From positions 14,243,432 through 14,307,431 of the forward strand of contig NC_092679.1 of assembly GCF_964355755.1 (NCBI RefSeq): DNA of 64,000 nt, in the 5' to 3' direction. Positions within the stretch are counted from its first letter, which is position 1. Each line of letters starts with the position of its first letter. A program made the position numbers and the translations under genes. This stretch comes from Antedon mediterranea (taxonomy: Eukaryota; Animalia; Echinodermata). Of the stretch, positions 36,441 through 50,700 are shown in pieces. The notes beneath the pieces were generated by a model. It made no database searches. It saw only the letters and a program-made list of their open reading frames with translations, and was not told the origin of the DNA.

Positions 36441-39400
36441 ATGCAACAACCACAAGTACAGAACCAACTTGCAACTCACGTTCCTGATTTGGTGTTAGCG
36501 CCCTCTACAATGGACAGACAGCTTCCTTTCAGTCAACGCTTAGAAGGAATGTTAATGTTTGCAGATATTTCAGGTAGTAGGACTAATTAAATCTGAGCTA
36601 TACATTAATATTCTCATCTTCATCGTTAGTCTAGATTCTAGGACGACGATTCGACTTAATTTTCGTTAAAAAAACATTTTGGCACATATTGCGTTTCATA
36701 CTTAGTGGAGCTGAACAAAAATCTTCTTCTTTGTTGATCATTGAATGTCCAGAATTTAAAAATGTCGATGAATTGAAATTGAATTGATCTATTCCGTTAA
36801 TTTACAAAATGTAATGAAATTTATTTTCCATTATTTCTTTTTCGAATAAACAACCGATCTAATGGAGCATTGCGTATATTGGCGGACTGATAACAGATGA
36901 GCCCCTTAAATATACAGCGGAATTAAATAGTAGTACAAAGAGGAATGCAATTTGATATAAAACAAAATTACTTTTATTAATAATATAAAAATATCTTAAA
37001 ATTTACATTCTAAAACACACTTCCCAGTTAACTTAGATAAGAATGTTAAAAGCAATATCCAATATCAACTGATTCTATTGTACTGAATGGTTCGCAGTGA
37101 CCGATATGGTAACACAATATACAGTGGTGGTAAAGACTTCTTAATTAATTTACGTTGTGGTTGCATTTATTTATTGTTTTTTTATTTATAAGTCGGAATT
37201 TACTTGTAAATAATACATTTTTGGTCGCTCTCAGATGTTTTTTCCATTCCTATAATTGAGTACAGTGTTTAAAAAGATGAAACAGACCAATACCCTACCC
37301 TCTGTTCTGTGTTAAGATTATAAAATAGTTACTAATATAACAAGACTATATTAATACAAGCAATACATTTAATATTGATAAAATATTTAAAACAAAAAGA
37401 TAACATTTAAAAAGTAAAAGTGTAAATATTGTAATTAAGTTATTATGCAATTAATTACTGTAACATTGTAACAAACGTATCAATTCAATTACAATACACA
37501 AAGCACACAATGTTGTTCAGCTTATTACAGTATAATCAATTACAGTACAGAATTCCAAAACATTATTAGAAGTGTTGAATGTTAACACCACGTCACGTGA
37601 CATCAAGATCTCAAATTGCTAGTCATGTGACGTATTTCCTCATATCTGTATTATCCGGGTACCTATTGGTCAGATACGTTTCGATTAAAAATTTCACTAT
37701 GTTTTAATATATTTATATGAAAATAATACAAAAATGTTTTAGGCATTGTAATGACGTAATCAGAGGTGGATCTATTGATCTGTCTGGACCAAAATAACAA
37801 TGTGATACCAATCACAAAAATGTATTAAACAAAGTATTTCAAATTGTTCAAAATCTTCGAATCTAGGTACAATACAGCATAGTTCATTCAACAATACAAA
37901 TGTCTCAGCAGATGCCAGAACTGCTTTAACGACAAACTAAATCAAATCTATTCTTAATAAATTCTTAAAGTAGGGCGTTGGCGTTGCTGCTTTTGGTTTT
38001 TGTTCATCAGTTCGCAGTATTAAGGCGTTTTTTTAATCCAAAATGTATCTAGTATAAATAACTATGCACTGGTAATTGTGAGAAGAGAATATAGATGATA
38101 CATATTTTAGGTTGAAAGTAATTTAAATCCACATTAATGTTTTTGCTTTTATACTATTAGTCCGAACAAAGTAAAAATAACGAGAGTAAATGTGATGAAA
38201 GAGAAAGTGTTCCTCGTTGATGTACTCGTCGTGGGATCAATGATAAAATCCTGCGTACCACGATTATGACTGTCCTTGTTTGCCTTTGTGCTCGCTTCTT
38301 TCATTGCAATAGTGGTCGACATTTTTGATGAGGTTTGTCGATGAGTACTTGGTCGTCGAGTTGTTGTTTGTCTTCTTTCGGTCGTCGTCGGGGCCAGTGT
38401 TGTTGTATAACACACTGAATCCGGGAAATCGTTCACGTACTTGTCTTTAGTTGCTCGATTAACTCGCTCAGAACCCGCTTGCTCGTTCAATTCATTCACC
38501 AAATACATATTTTCATGAGGTCCTAATAGTATCAGATTGCTGATCGTAGATCCTTGGACTATGTTTGTTTCTGTACAATCGGAATTGTCTCCGAATCCGG
38601 ATATTTTGACGTTGCTATTAACGGAAATAGTACCAGTATCATCTTTAATCACGCATTTAACGATGGCGTTTACCCAGTATCCACAAACGGTATCGGAGCT
38701 GCATGGTCCACCCCCGGAGCCATCAGTTTTCTCTGTAACCGTTGCGATTATCGCGATACTAGAATCATTTATACGCTCATTCATGGACATTGCTCTCCAA
38801 TCAGGTGATGGCTCGCAAGCCATCGTAACGCTAACAATGTACAACATAGAAATCCAAAAAATCAACATAACTATTTACTGTGTAGGCCTCGTATGACTTC
38901 CAAACAATACTTTGACTGTGTAGGCCTACTAACGAAAACGTTTTGTGTTTCCGATCTGCTCTGATCAGGGAAGAGTGAAATTACAGCTCTGATCAACGAA
39001 CTGACTGGAATACGCCTTCCGTCTAACTCGAAACTATCTATCCTGTCTCAGTTTCTGTTGTGAACCCGCTGCTTACCACTCACTTAATTATATGCCAGTT
39101 CCTTCCGCCGAAAGACACTCCTATCGTCTGCTCATAAGTTTAGAAACCACGATTATTGGAGGAATTTCCGCCACCGTTTTTTTTTACGATTATTGTGTTG
39201 GCCTACCGTGTGCTTGTACTGTACTGTGACATTGACATTTATATACAACCTAATAGTTTATGCTACTCATCGTTATGGAATTCTTTTGACGACTAGTCAC
39301 CGTGTCTCAGTGGGATAGGGCTCGTGTTACAATTCATAGAAACTGTAAAATGGCATATACAGTACCACTAAACTTAAGTGCACATTATGCAATTTCATAT

Positions 39401-42400
39401 AACTTTATTCGATGTTTCAATGTTCTTATTTGAATTAAATGCCGTTGTTAATCACCATTAAGTTTATATTTAGGTGTAATAGAAAGCTTTAGAATTAAAT
39501 TGACAGTTTTAGTACGGTACTTAAAATAATGGAATAAGCTGATGTTGTCGGAATTATGTATTTTACACTACCAGAAAAAGTACATCAACAACTTTTTAGT
39601 GAAATTGAACCACCTTCTTTATAATGTGTTATTGACGTGTTTACAATGATTGAAACAAATGCTTTAAAGAATACCTCTCCATCGGATGCTTACAATAATT
39701 ATGGAATCTGCTGTTGTCGAAATGTGTACATTATAAGAATAACTTTTTACTGAAAGTGGAATTGTTGTACCACTTTCTCTATACATGTTTTATCGACGTG
39801 TTACGATGATTAAAAAATGCTTAAAGATTGTTCCCTAAACACAGGAAAAATGAAGATTAATAAAATCAGACTTTAAATATGCCATATTTAAGTGTTTTTT
39901 TTTTTTTTGTTGCTTTAAATTACATTTTTTTAGGTAAATCATTTTTTTTTTAATCCAGTTTTTGGTCATAGAATTAACCGAATTTCTATGTGTTTTTTTT
40001 TTCTTAAAACAAATGACAATAAATGATACTTGACTTGACTTGAATAGTGAATAACTGTTATGTGAAATTAGATGCCATTCAACAAAAATTAGAAAAGGAA
40101 AATTAGGGGGACAATATATCTTTAATAATGCCCTATAAAAAATAATTGTCTATCGTCGTAATAATAGTCTCATTTTTTTGTTTGCCTTGAGGCAAATTGT
40201 GCACAATACAAACAGAATAGTAACAGATAATGTAATTATCATGGTTCACTACTATTCATTGCATTCATCAGGTCTGATGTATTGTTTTGGTAAACACCCT
40301 TAAATCAGGGAGTTGTAAATTGTTTATTTTAACTCCCTGCTTAAATCATACATCATTGTAAAAAAAATATCTGTAGGGAGGGAATGATAAACAATTAGAT
40401 TTTCTTTTATGGCTTCAATTAATACAATTGAATACATGAATTATAAAACAGAAATAATAATCTTTTTGATCGACTAGCGTACTGATTAGTGTTTCAATCA
40501 ACGACCTCCCTCCCTAACGACGACTGATGCCACCAAGGATATTAAAGCAGTGTCGCCGTAAACAACACATTTGGGCTACATCAGCGGTAAAAACAGCCCC
40601 TCGAGGGAAAAGTGACAAATTAAAGTTTAAAGTAGTAAATGTCGACATAAAACGGGCACGATTTGAAAATGATTATTATTTATTACTGAAATAATGATTT
40701 GGCTCAAAGATTATTTTAGGCTAATTATTTTTTACGGTATTTTCGTGATTAGGCCCAAGGTTTGAAAATAAGAATTTTATGGTACAGGAGTATCCTGATG
40801 ATTCGATCTGTACAAGAAGGCAATCTACTCACCTTTCAAAGATAGAAACTCGTACAGTCCTTTGATCTTACGTCTGGCTGCGACAAATACCAATAGTACT
40901 GCATATTCTCTAGAATATCAACATGGAAATTTTTAAAATACTGGAGTGCAGGAAAGGTAGCTCTGGCCGGGTATTTCTTCTAGGCGTGGTTCCCAATAGA
41001 GACACAATTCCGTAGGCGCAACGCAGGCGAGTTGACCAATGACAAGCGACAGTTCGAATTATCCATCACTTGTGATTGGTCAAATTATACTTCGTGGGCT
41101 TACGTCCTTGCGTTTCGTTCTAATGGGAATCAAGTGTTACTACAGTATTATCACTAGGCCTATCGTATGATGACAAAAAATGATGAATTATGTAAAAAAA
41201 TTACTATAAACTGTATACAACTATATTAACCTTTTCCACTATTGACATTAAGCCTATTGGTTTATTATTTACAGGTTTCACTGCTCTATGTGAGAAATAC
41301 AGTTTGAATTCACGTAGTAATGGTACAGATAAACTTTCCAAGACGCTGAATGACTATCTCGGTGCCATAGTGGAGAATATCATCGGATCAGAGGGTGACG
41401 TTCTCAAGTTTGCAGGTGAATTACGAATTATTTACTAAAGGCCTACTATAATGGTGGATGGACTAACTCGTCAAGGTGACGAGTTCAAATTTGGTGTTAG
41501 GTTTGTTCGGAGGTAGTAGCAGGGCAGGGAAAACAAAACGTCCGAATTTTGGGAGAAAGATTCGCAATGCAAAGGACAAACCGTAATATACAGTAGTACC
41601 AATATAAATATAGTTTATCATCTTGACACAAGCTAAGGCCTATAATTATACACACACTGTAAAATATATATCTAGATATCTCCTCCCTAACAACCATCTG
41701 CTGATGTGGAAGAAAACATGAGGTGACTTGGCAGATACCAGATTACATAATTATACATGATATTATATAAATTTGACAGGCATCCTGAAACTGCAGACTC
41801 CAATGCTGTGCACGCTATCATCAGCAGCAGAAAACATTTACAACGATCTATATGATATGAAGATGATGATATGATATTAATGCTTGTGTCTCATAAGGTC
41901 ATGTGATGACGCCAATCAATCAATTAGGTTAATCTGTGTGACAGTAGTAGGGTTTTTCGGAGATAGCGAGATAATTGTCTCCTCTTCCAGATACGGTATT
42001 TTAAATATGGACATAACTTTTCACCGTTTCAGCTTCCACGCATCATATAAAAAGGTATAGGCCGAGTGAATCAAATTCGGTCCAGCAGTTCGTAAATGAA
42101 GTTCATTAAAACAGATAATCGGAAGTGTGGGTGGGTGGAGGTTTTGACGATGCTACCCGCTCCAATTATAAATATGTTAATATTTTTTATATTCATTAGA
42201 CAAGGAACAGTCAATTGCTTCTAACAATCTAGAATAAATAATTTGAATATGAACATTCGGAATTGAAATTGAAATTCCACCTCTCAGTCTAAACTCAACT
42301 CAATTATCAAATTTGAAACTAACCATAAATTGACTTGCAAATTGATAGGTTAGAATACTGTTTACTGTTTTCAGGCAGAGCACTTGTCCTAATTCAATTT

Positions 42401-44417
42401 TACTGAGGCCAATGATAACACCTTTTTATAGGTGTGGAATTTATCATCTGCAAAAGCATTCACATAAACTTTCCATAGAGTTCATGACTATGACGCGACG
42501 GTCCTGTTAAACGAATACGGGATTATGAGGAATATAGCCCTACACAACAACACTCGGTTCTCTGTACTACTAGGACTTGTTTCGGTATTATATGTTATGT
42601 TCAACGTTCTTCCGTGATACAGAGCCACATGCTACAACTGTATCGTACTGTACGGATAATTTAAGGTGTTTTGCAAATTATGACATTTGGTCCTAGAATA
42701 GGCTATAGGCCACTGTCACACTGAAGTGTGTGTTATGAGTGACAACGTCACAGTACACCACCCCCCCCCCCCCCCCCACTCACTACACACACAATAATAT
42801 CTTCTTGCAGTGCGTTTATGACAAACATGACAATGCTTGCTTGTATTTGTAGTGCTATATTATATGGGCCTAGTATATGTACAATGTGTTCTTTTTTTTT
42901 TCACAGGTGACGCTTTTATTGCATTATGGAAAGTTAAACGTGACACTCTTGACAATACGATAATTCGCGTTGTCAAATGCGCACTTCGTATCCAAGAAAA
43001 ATGTGACAACTGGAACACAGATGTAGGCGTCCGGCTAAAAGTAAAAATAGGTAAATGTTTATATATTCCTGTATTCTTATGAGTTTGAAAAGAATAATGC
43101 TCAGTACGGTAGGTGCCGTAAATTTTAGTTGTTTTTTTTTAGAACGGCAATTGATAATATATTTTATATTTATAAAGATAATTGTTGTATACATGGCGTT
43201 TCATAGGTATAATACCCTTTTTTCTGGATCTAGTTTACAGAAAAAATCGAAAGGTTATTTAAAAACAGATAATAACTATAGTAAAACATATTGAGCGTCA
43301 AAATTTGAATGTTTTATGTATCGTTACCAAGTTCTTGTCTTCTAATCATTATATCAATGTTTTCACTACCTAACAATATGTGATTTATATCATTATCAGA
43401 AAAAAAAATAAAAACGAAACATTAAGGTGCTCAGCACGTAATACCACACAACCCACGTTTAACCTTGTCAGTAAATTTAAAAATAAACAACATTTTGTTT
43501 AGTGCCTATACATCGTACAGAAAGACTCTGATAATCGTGGAAAAATTCAGAACGAGACAAGAACAAATTGAGACAGGATACATTTACAACAGAAAACATC
43601 ATAAAAAACTTTGTTTTATTTCTTTCCTTCCTTGGTGGTAAATTTTGCTATAAAGAAAATATTCTTAGACATATGAGTAAATTTTGTTGTATTTGTTTCC
43701 TCGCTGGTGACAATGCTTTACTATAAGAAATACAGTAATAATGAAGTTATTGTATTTGTTTCCACCCTTGTGTACTATTATAAGAAGGATTTTCATTTGG
43801 TCGACGGTGGACTCTGTTGCGTTCATTCAAAAAGTTTTAGAATCGCTGACCGAATGGAATAGAAAGGTTGAAGTCTCTTATAGTAATACAACGTACAGTA
43901 TATATGCCTCCTCAAAGCAATACTGTATCTGGTTCTGGGTCGTAGAATGGTACTGCTGTCTGAAGGGTGCGAAAATTGTAAATTTTGAAAAATAGAGCTG
44001 CTAGGTCGCCGGAAATTACACCTGAAATAATAACATTGTCTTTTAATATATTTAGGTTCAATAGATATTGCATAGTTTAGAAGGAAGGGAAATAACCCGA
44101 GTAGTTTCGTCATGTTGATAATACCCACTTCGGTTTCAAAATGCAATAAATCATATTATATGTAAAGTTCAATTTTCATCCAATTTTTCCATTAAACAAA
44201 GTGCGTCCACCAAGTAGACTATCAAATTGTTGTAATTTGAATCGCAATAACATTTCTTCATCATCGTCGTTGTCAATCGTTGTCATCATCGTCGTCATCA
44301 ACATCATCACCATCATCATCATCACTATCCATCACCATCACCATCATCATCATCATCACTATCCATCACCCTCATCATCACCATCATCATCACCACCATC
44401 ATCATCATCGTCACCAT

Positions 44418-44470
<53 letters not shown>

Positions 44471-44682
44471 CCACCATCATCATCATCACCATCATCACCA
44501 CCACCACCATCATCATCATCACCACCACCATCATCATCATCACCACCACCATCATCATCATCATCACCATCATCATCATTATCACCATCATCATCATTAT
44601 CATCATCACCATCATCATCATTATCACCATCATCACCACCACCATCAACATCACCACCACCATCAACATCACCACCACTATC

Positions 44683-44713
<31 letters not shown>

Positions 44714-44727
44714 CCACCATCACCACC

Positions 44728-44758
<31 letters not shown>

Positions 44759-47700
44759 CCACCACCATCAACATCACCACCACTATCATCATCGCCATTA
44801 TCATTATCATCACCATCATCATGATCTTCATCATCAAGTATTTTCCATTTCGTGCTTATATGAAGCTAACCGACCATTTCGGTGCCATCTCTCCGTCTTC
44901 TTCGCTGTAACTCTTTTAGATATAAGTAATAATTTAAACTAGTAATTAGGTATTGCCTTAGAATATTGTTTTTGTATTTTTTTCTGAATGATATGACCAG
45001 ACTGAAATAAAATTGTTGACCCATTCTGTTTTTTTTTAAATTCATCATTCAGTTGAGAACACAATAATTTTAAGTTCGATAAAACGTGACAACCGAAATT
45101 GGAATAACACAAAACATCTGTCAATTATAATGTTCACAGTCTATCGACCGATTTTGCTGAATTTATTGTAAACTGTTTCCTTCTTCTTGTTTCAAGTTTT
45201 ATATTTAAGACGGAACATTTTTTGTTAAATAGATTTTGAACAGAAATTATTTTTTAAAATATATAGGACTATTATGATGATACATTATGATGGAAAGGTG
45301 AACCAGTATTTCAGTGTTTATATGATTCCAATAGTTTTCTGAAATAGCCCGGTACATATCAATTAACATTTTCAGTGTTAGTATTGCCAATTATCTTCTT
45401 GAAGTGGAAAATGTTCACATCGGTTTTTGTTTTAGAATCTTTTTAGTAGCCCTTTTGGCTGCTGCTTCTTACACAAAAGGTCTCTTGCGTCTCAAGCGCA
45501 CCATACGCGCAGGGTTTAGCTATTTTTTACGTCGTAAATGATGCGCTGCGTAAGTATTGGTATCAAAACGAACGCAGTTTTTAAACAAGCGTCTGTACTA
45601 GCGCGTGTACGTACTGTGGTGTATGTTGCGTACCGCGCAAAATACACTACAAGTTGCGTGTGAACAAGCCGGACCTTATTGTTAACGCACGTGTGGTTTG
45701 TATTGTGTCTCCTTTAGGTCTTTCTATTGGTCCTTTACAAGTTACATACATTGGTAACGATGAATGCCAGCAAGTGGCCCTGAGCAGTACGGCTGTTGAT
45801 GATGCTAACAAAGCGGAAAAGTTTGCCCAGCCAGGCGATATTATCTTGTCTCCCAAAGTGTGGGCTTATGCGCCTGATCACGACCTTTGTCACATCGAAA
45901 AAATGTCTGACGATAAACATATCCGGGTAAGAAGTTCCATATGTAAACCACCACACAGATGTTCCAATTCACGAGTGTGGTCAAAAGCACATAATACAGT
46001 ACTACTTGGCATTAGACCTTATCTGACATACGATCTTTATTGACTGAAATATTACAAATTTATGGAATTCTTATTTTTAAGTTTATATTTTGCTTTAAAA
46101 AAATGAATTTAAATACCGGTAATTAAGAAAGTATTAAAAATATTGTAAATACTATTAATAATAAAGAAAAATAAAAACAAAATCTAATTATTTAACAAAT
46201 CAAATCTTATCTGGTTATCAAACTTAATTTTATTTTCAATGCTAAGTAAGAAATATGGAAAATATTAATATAGTACAGTATTAATATTAGTAGGCCTACT
46301 GTAGTATGCGTGTTCATTTATCCTTTAATTAACTGTGCTGTCTATTTCAAGGTGATATCATATGGCCTAGCAACTCCAGACGATGATATTTTAGGCCTTG
46401 TTAAACAGCATGAACTGCAGGCGAACGCTGTTAGTGGGGCCCTACTAGGCATTTCTACTCCTGGTAAGAACATTGTGAAAATGAATATTCATTTCATCAC
46501 ATTGAAGTGATAATATTCGTTGGAAAATCTCTCAAAAATGATAAAAAATGTCTACTAATACACTGCCTAAAACACTGCCATAAAATACAACAGTCGCTTA
46601 AAAAAATCTAATCAGATGGTCCGTATATACTCCACCAAACCAAGGGAGATTCTAATACCTCCATGACCAAACCGTTTCAATATTTAACTTAATACTAATA
46701 AGCCTACTCCAGTTCCGACATTCAATGCGCGCGGCATAGCATATTATTTCTTTCCTTATTCGATTCAATTCAATTCAATTCTGGTTTATTAAAAATATAA
46801 GAATAATATGAATATACAGTAAGAGGCATTTCCCCATTTCATATTGTAGTAAATACGAGGCTACGAGTGTATATTGTGAGGTTCGAGCCTTGCGGGTGCG
46901 TAGATCACTTATCATCAGCAGCCCGCCGCGATTATTTGTGTGTACCCTTGTGGTGCAAAAGTTTAAAATTTCCAACAAGAAATATACACAATACAAATAT
47001 ATTTAAATTTAATACTCATGTGCTAGTAGGGGTTTTAAAGCACATTTTGTTTTCTTTTATTGCTAATCTAACCTGTTATACGTTGTTTTATATCATGTTT
47101 TGTATTCACAGTCAAACGGGTACAGTCTCCAAGAAAGGTGTTTGGTAAGGAAGCCAAGATTGACGAGAAGGGAAGACGTAAGTAGACTTTTCAAACCCAA
47201 GAGATCAAATTATTCATTGTTTTAATTTAGACACTAGTAGTGTGAAGCGCTGTATATAACCTTATAATGTATATTGAAAGAAAAAGGGGAAAGGATATTC
47301 GTTTTATTTTGTTACGGTATAATTTTACTACCGGTGCTTAAATTTCAATTGTTCATACAACATATTAAAATACTGTGTAGTTAAATCTCATGTTGTTTTA
47401 AAGATATATTGTCCCCCTAAAAAGTATTATTTGTTGAATAGGCCTATGCCATTTTAATTTTAAACAATAGTTATTCACTTTGCTGGATTGAAAAAAAATG
47501 TAATTAAAAGCCAAAAAAATACCTAAATTGTCTGTCAGACATTGGTTTTGGTTAAAATTAACCGTTTCTTTTGTTATATATAAACAGTTATTGTTGTTTT
47601 GTTTTCTACAGAAGTGAATAACTTAATTAAAACTGTAAAATGGCCTTTTCAAAGTCGGATTTGATTAATCTATATTTTTCTGTTTTTTGGGGGACTGTAC

Positions 47701-50700
47701 ATCTTTAAGTAAACACATCGTATCGTAAATTATTTCAAACGTTTTGGCCTGCCTCAATTTTTACTTAACAGTTCTGTACGTATATTTTGTCAAAATCAAA
47801 ATTAAATGATTCAAGTATAGAAATTGGACAAAAACTGTTCTATAATCATTTTCCACAATAAAGTTAGTGTGTGTTTGTTTCTCAGAACTGTTTGTTCTTA
47901 ATATGTCGGAAGAGTTAAATGTGAATAAACAATCATTTCGCTTTGCTATTACGGAACCACCTATAAGCCGTAACGGAACATTGCATTATTTTCACGCTGC
48001 TGCTCTAGCCCGCTACGTCCCATTAGGACTACTCAATCAGAAGCTAAAGCAAGCAGCAGTTATAGTTCTAAGGACAGACAGTTTTGTGAAAATGGAAACT
48101 CCACTATGATTTATTGATTCCAGCTGCTACAGTAGACCCAAAAAACGGCTGGGAAAGAGTCTATTAGGACATGTCATGCTAAAATTACAAATCCCTATAT
48201 TCACTGTCAGATATTCATTGAATTATTATCGAAACAGTCCATTAAAGTTTGTGTTTGTAATAGGATACTTCACAATTGAAATATCTAGGGTGATGAAGTG
48301 ACCCCCAGATTTGACCTTAGCAATAAAATTAACTAAAGTGACAGAAATTGAGTATTCACTTCTGTAACAAAAAAGTAATATTTATTCACATATAAAAAAT
48401 GAAAAGAAACCCAAAAACCATTGTCTGACAGACAATTTAAGTATTTGTTGCTTTAAATTACATTTTTTTCAGGTAAAATAACTATCTATTATGTGACAAT
48501 AAAATGACACATTCAAAAACATTTGAAATAAAAAATATTTTTCAATAAGCGAGCAGCGTTTTTTGTAAGAAATATTTCTTGTTTAAGATTCCACTGAAAT
48601 AACCACAATAGTATGACTACTGTAAACAGTAAAGAATGTTGTCACTTTGGAAACTATGACACATCATTCATTCATTCAATTGCATTTAAGTTTTACTATT
48701 TCATTGGGAAGAATTAACGTTTACAACATACCGCATCGCGTCTAAGGTTTGGCTTATTAGAAGGTCTAGTGTAAATCAACGCTACGTACATATGCGGGGT
48801 ATGACTTAATAAATACACCTTCCAAGTACCTTCCCATCTATTGTCTTTGGTTATACTGTTATTTTCTAGTTTTGGCATTTACTTACTTTGGAAATACGAT
48901 ACAAAAATCATATTACTATACTACACATTATTGGATTTCAAAGACACACACTGGAGAGTTGTTAAAAATGTCGAAAACAATGGGTACTTCCCCCGTACTT
49001 CCCTTAAAAACTACTTTGATGTGTTTTTGTTTTCAGTCCGACAAGCAATTTTTCGTCCACCGTCAAAAAGAGAAAAGGCTGTTTTACGAAAATATGTCAT
49101 ACAACCAGTTTTAAAAAAGGTATTTTTTGAATTTATATTCTAATTGTTGCGGTATTACTCATACTATAATTTACAATAGGAAACACAATAGTTCCTGTGG
49201 AATTTAAGTTCGGCTGGTTTTAAATTTATTCCGGTGTCAGAGTTAAACAGTAGGCCTACAATTTACCATACCGTCGGTGTGTGGTGATTTATATGGTCTG
49301 TTATCGAATAACCGTAAGTAGGTTTGACCTCTTCGCGGTGGGAGAGGATTAGGATTACATTAAAGGAAGAATGATTGCAATTTTATGTGAAGTTAGACAC
49401 TTACCGGTACATATTGGAATTTTATGAATCACGTATGTACGTCTATAAAAAGTATCATTTGACACTAAATAAGAGCATATTTTATGCTTTTGTAAGCGTG
49501 TGTTTGATGGTACACCCACCCAACTAACTTACGTACGTATGATGGAGTTTGCTGAACTGTCAACAATAATATTATGGAATGGTTTCCATGTTTTACAGTA
49601 CTTTTATATGTTTTACTATAGTATAACAATAACATGCATTTGTAAGGGGACAACTTTTAATATGTTTTCTAATAGTGAAATCTGCCGTAGTATTAAAATA
49701 TTTCTCGTTAATATTTTTCACGTAATTGTCCTATAGAGGAGACGTACTAGTACTATAGAATAGATTAATCTTAATTATGATACCCAAACTGCTCCAACTA
49801 TTTTAAAAATAGATTAAACAAAAAGTAGAACTAGGCCTATGTTAAAAACAAAAACATAAACAAAAAATCATTGTACCTTTTTTTCAAATGGAACCATTCT
49901 AGGCCTAAATATAAAGTATGCTTTGTATATATTTTATTTTGTCAATTTGTATTTTGTATGTGAACGTGAGAGGGGATAACAAAATCCAATGGGGAAAAAG
50001 AAATTGTTGAAGTCTGAATAGAAGAATACGTGTAAATGCTGTCGTTATATAATATTGCTCGACAGGAATATAAACGTACGATGTCATATTATTTTGTAAA
50101 TGTTTATACAGTATTAAAACCCTACTTATACAATGTTGATGTAAACCTGACATTGTAAAGTAGGGTTTGAAGAGGTTGCACAACATCAATTAAATGCGCG
50201 TGGGTTATCATAATCGACATCACAGCAGGTGCGATACCTTTAGTTGGATAGTCCTATTTCTGATTCTTCATGTGTGTTTTTGTTTTCTTTCCTTGAGTGA
50301 TAACATACACAGCACATCACCAGCATACAATACTATTGTTCATTTCAGATTGAAGATGGTCAGCCATTGGAATATTTGTCTGAAATGCGTCAGGTGTCTG
50401 TTGTCTTCATCAACATCATGTTTGTACAGACTAAGGAAGTTGAAGACACCAACAACAACTTGCAACATGCATTTGATGTTATCTTCAGTAATTGCAAGCA
50501 ATTTAGAGGTACTGTAGGCCTACGTCTATTGCTTTCTATTTCAGTATATTTGTTATGCAATGTATTCAAATTATTCTTAGTATGTGTAATAGAGAACATT
50601 AACAGTATCACTTATCAGTATCAATCCCGGTTTCAGTGAACTTTCGTTGAAATGAAACAATCAACCCACGACATCATCTGACTTTTAATCTTCAACTCTT

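Noticed and set aside
44280-44942. 220-aa poly-His ORF and antisense poly-Met/Val ORF
   Set aside because: Artefacts of a trinucleotide microsatellite in an intron, with no domain content.
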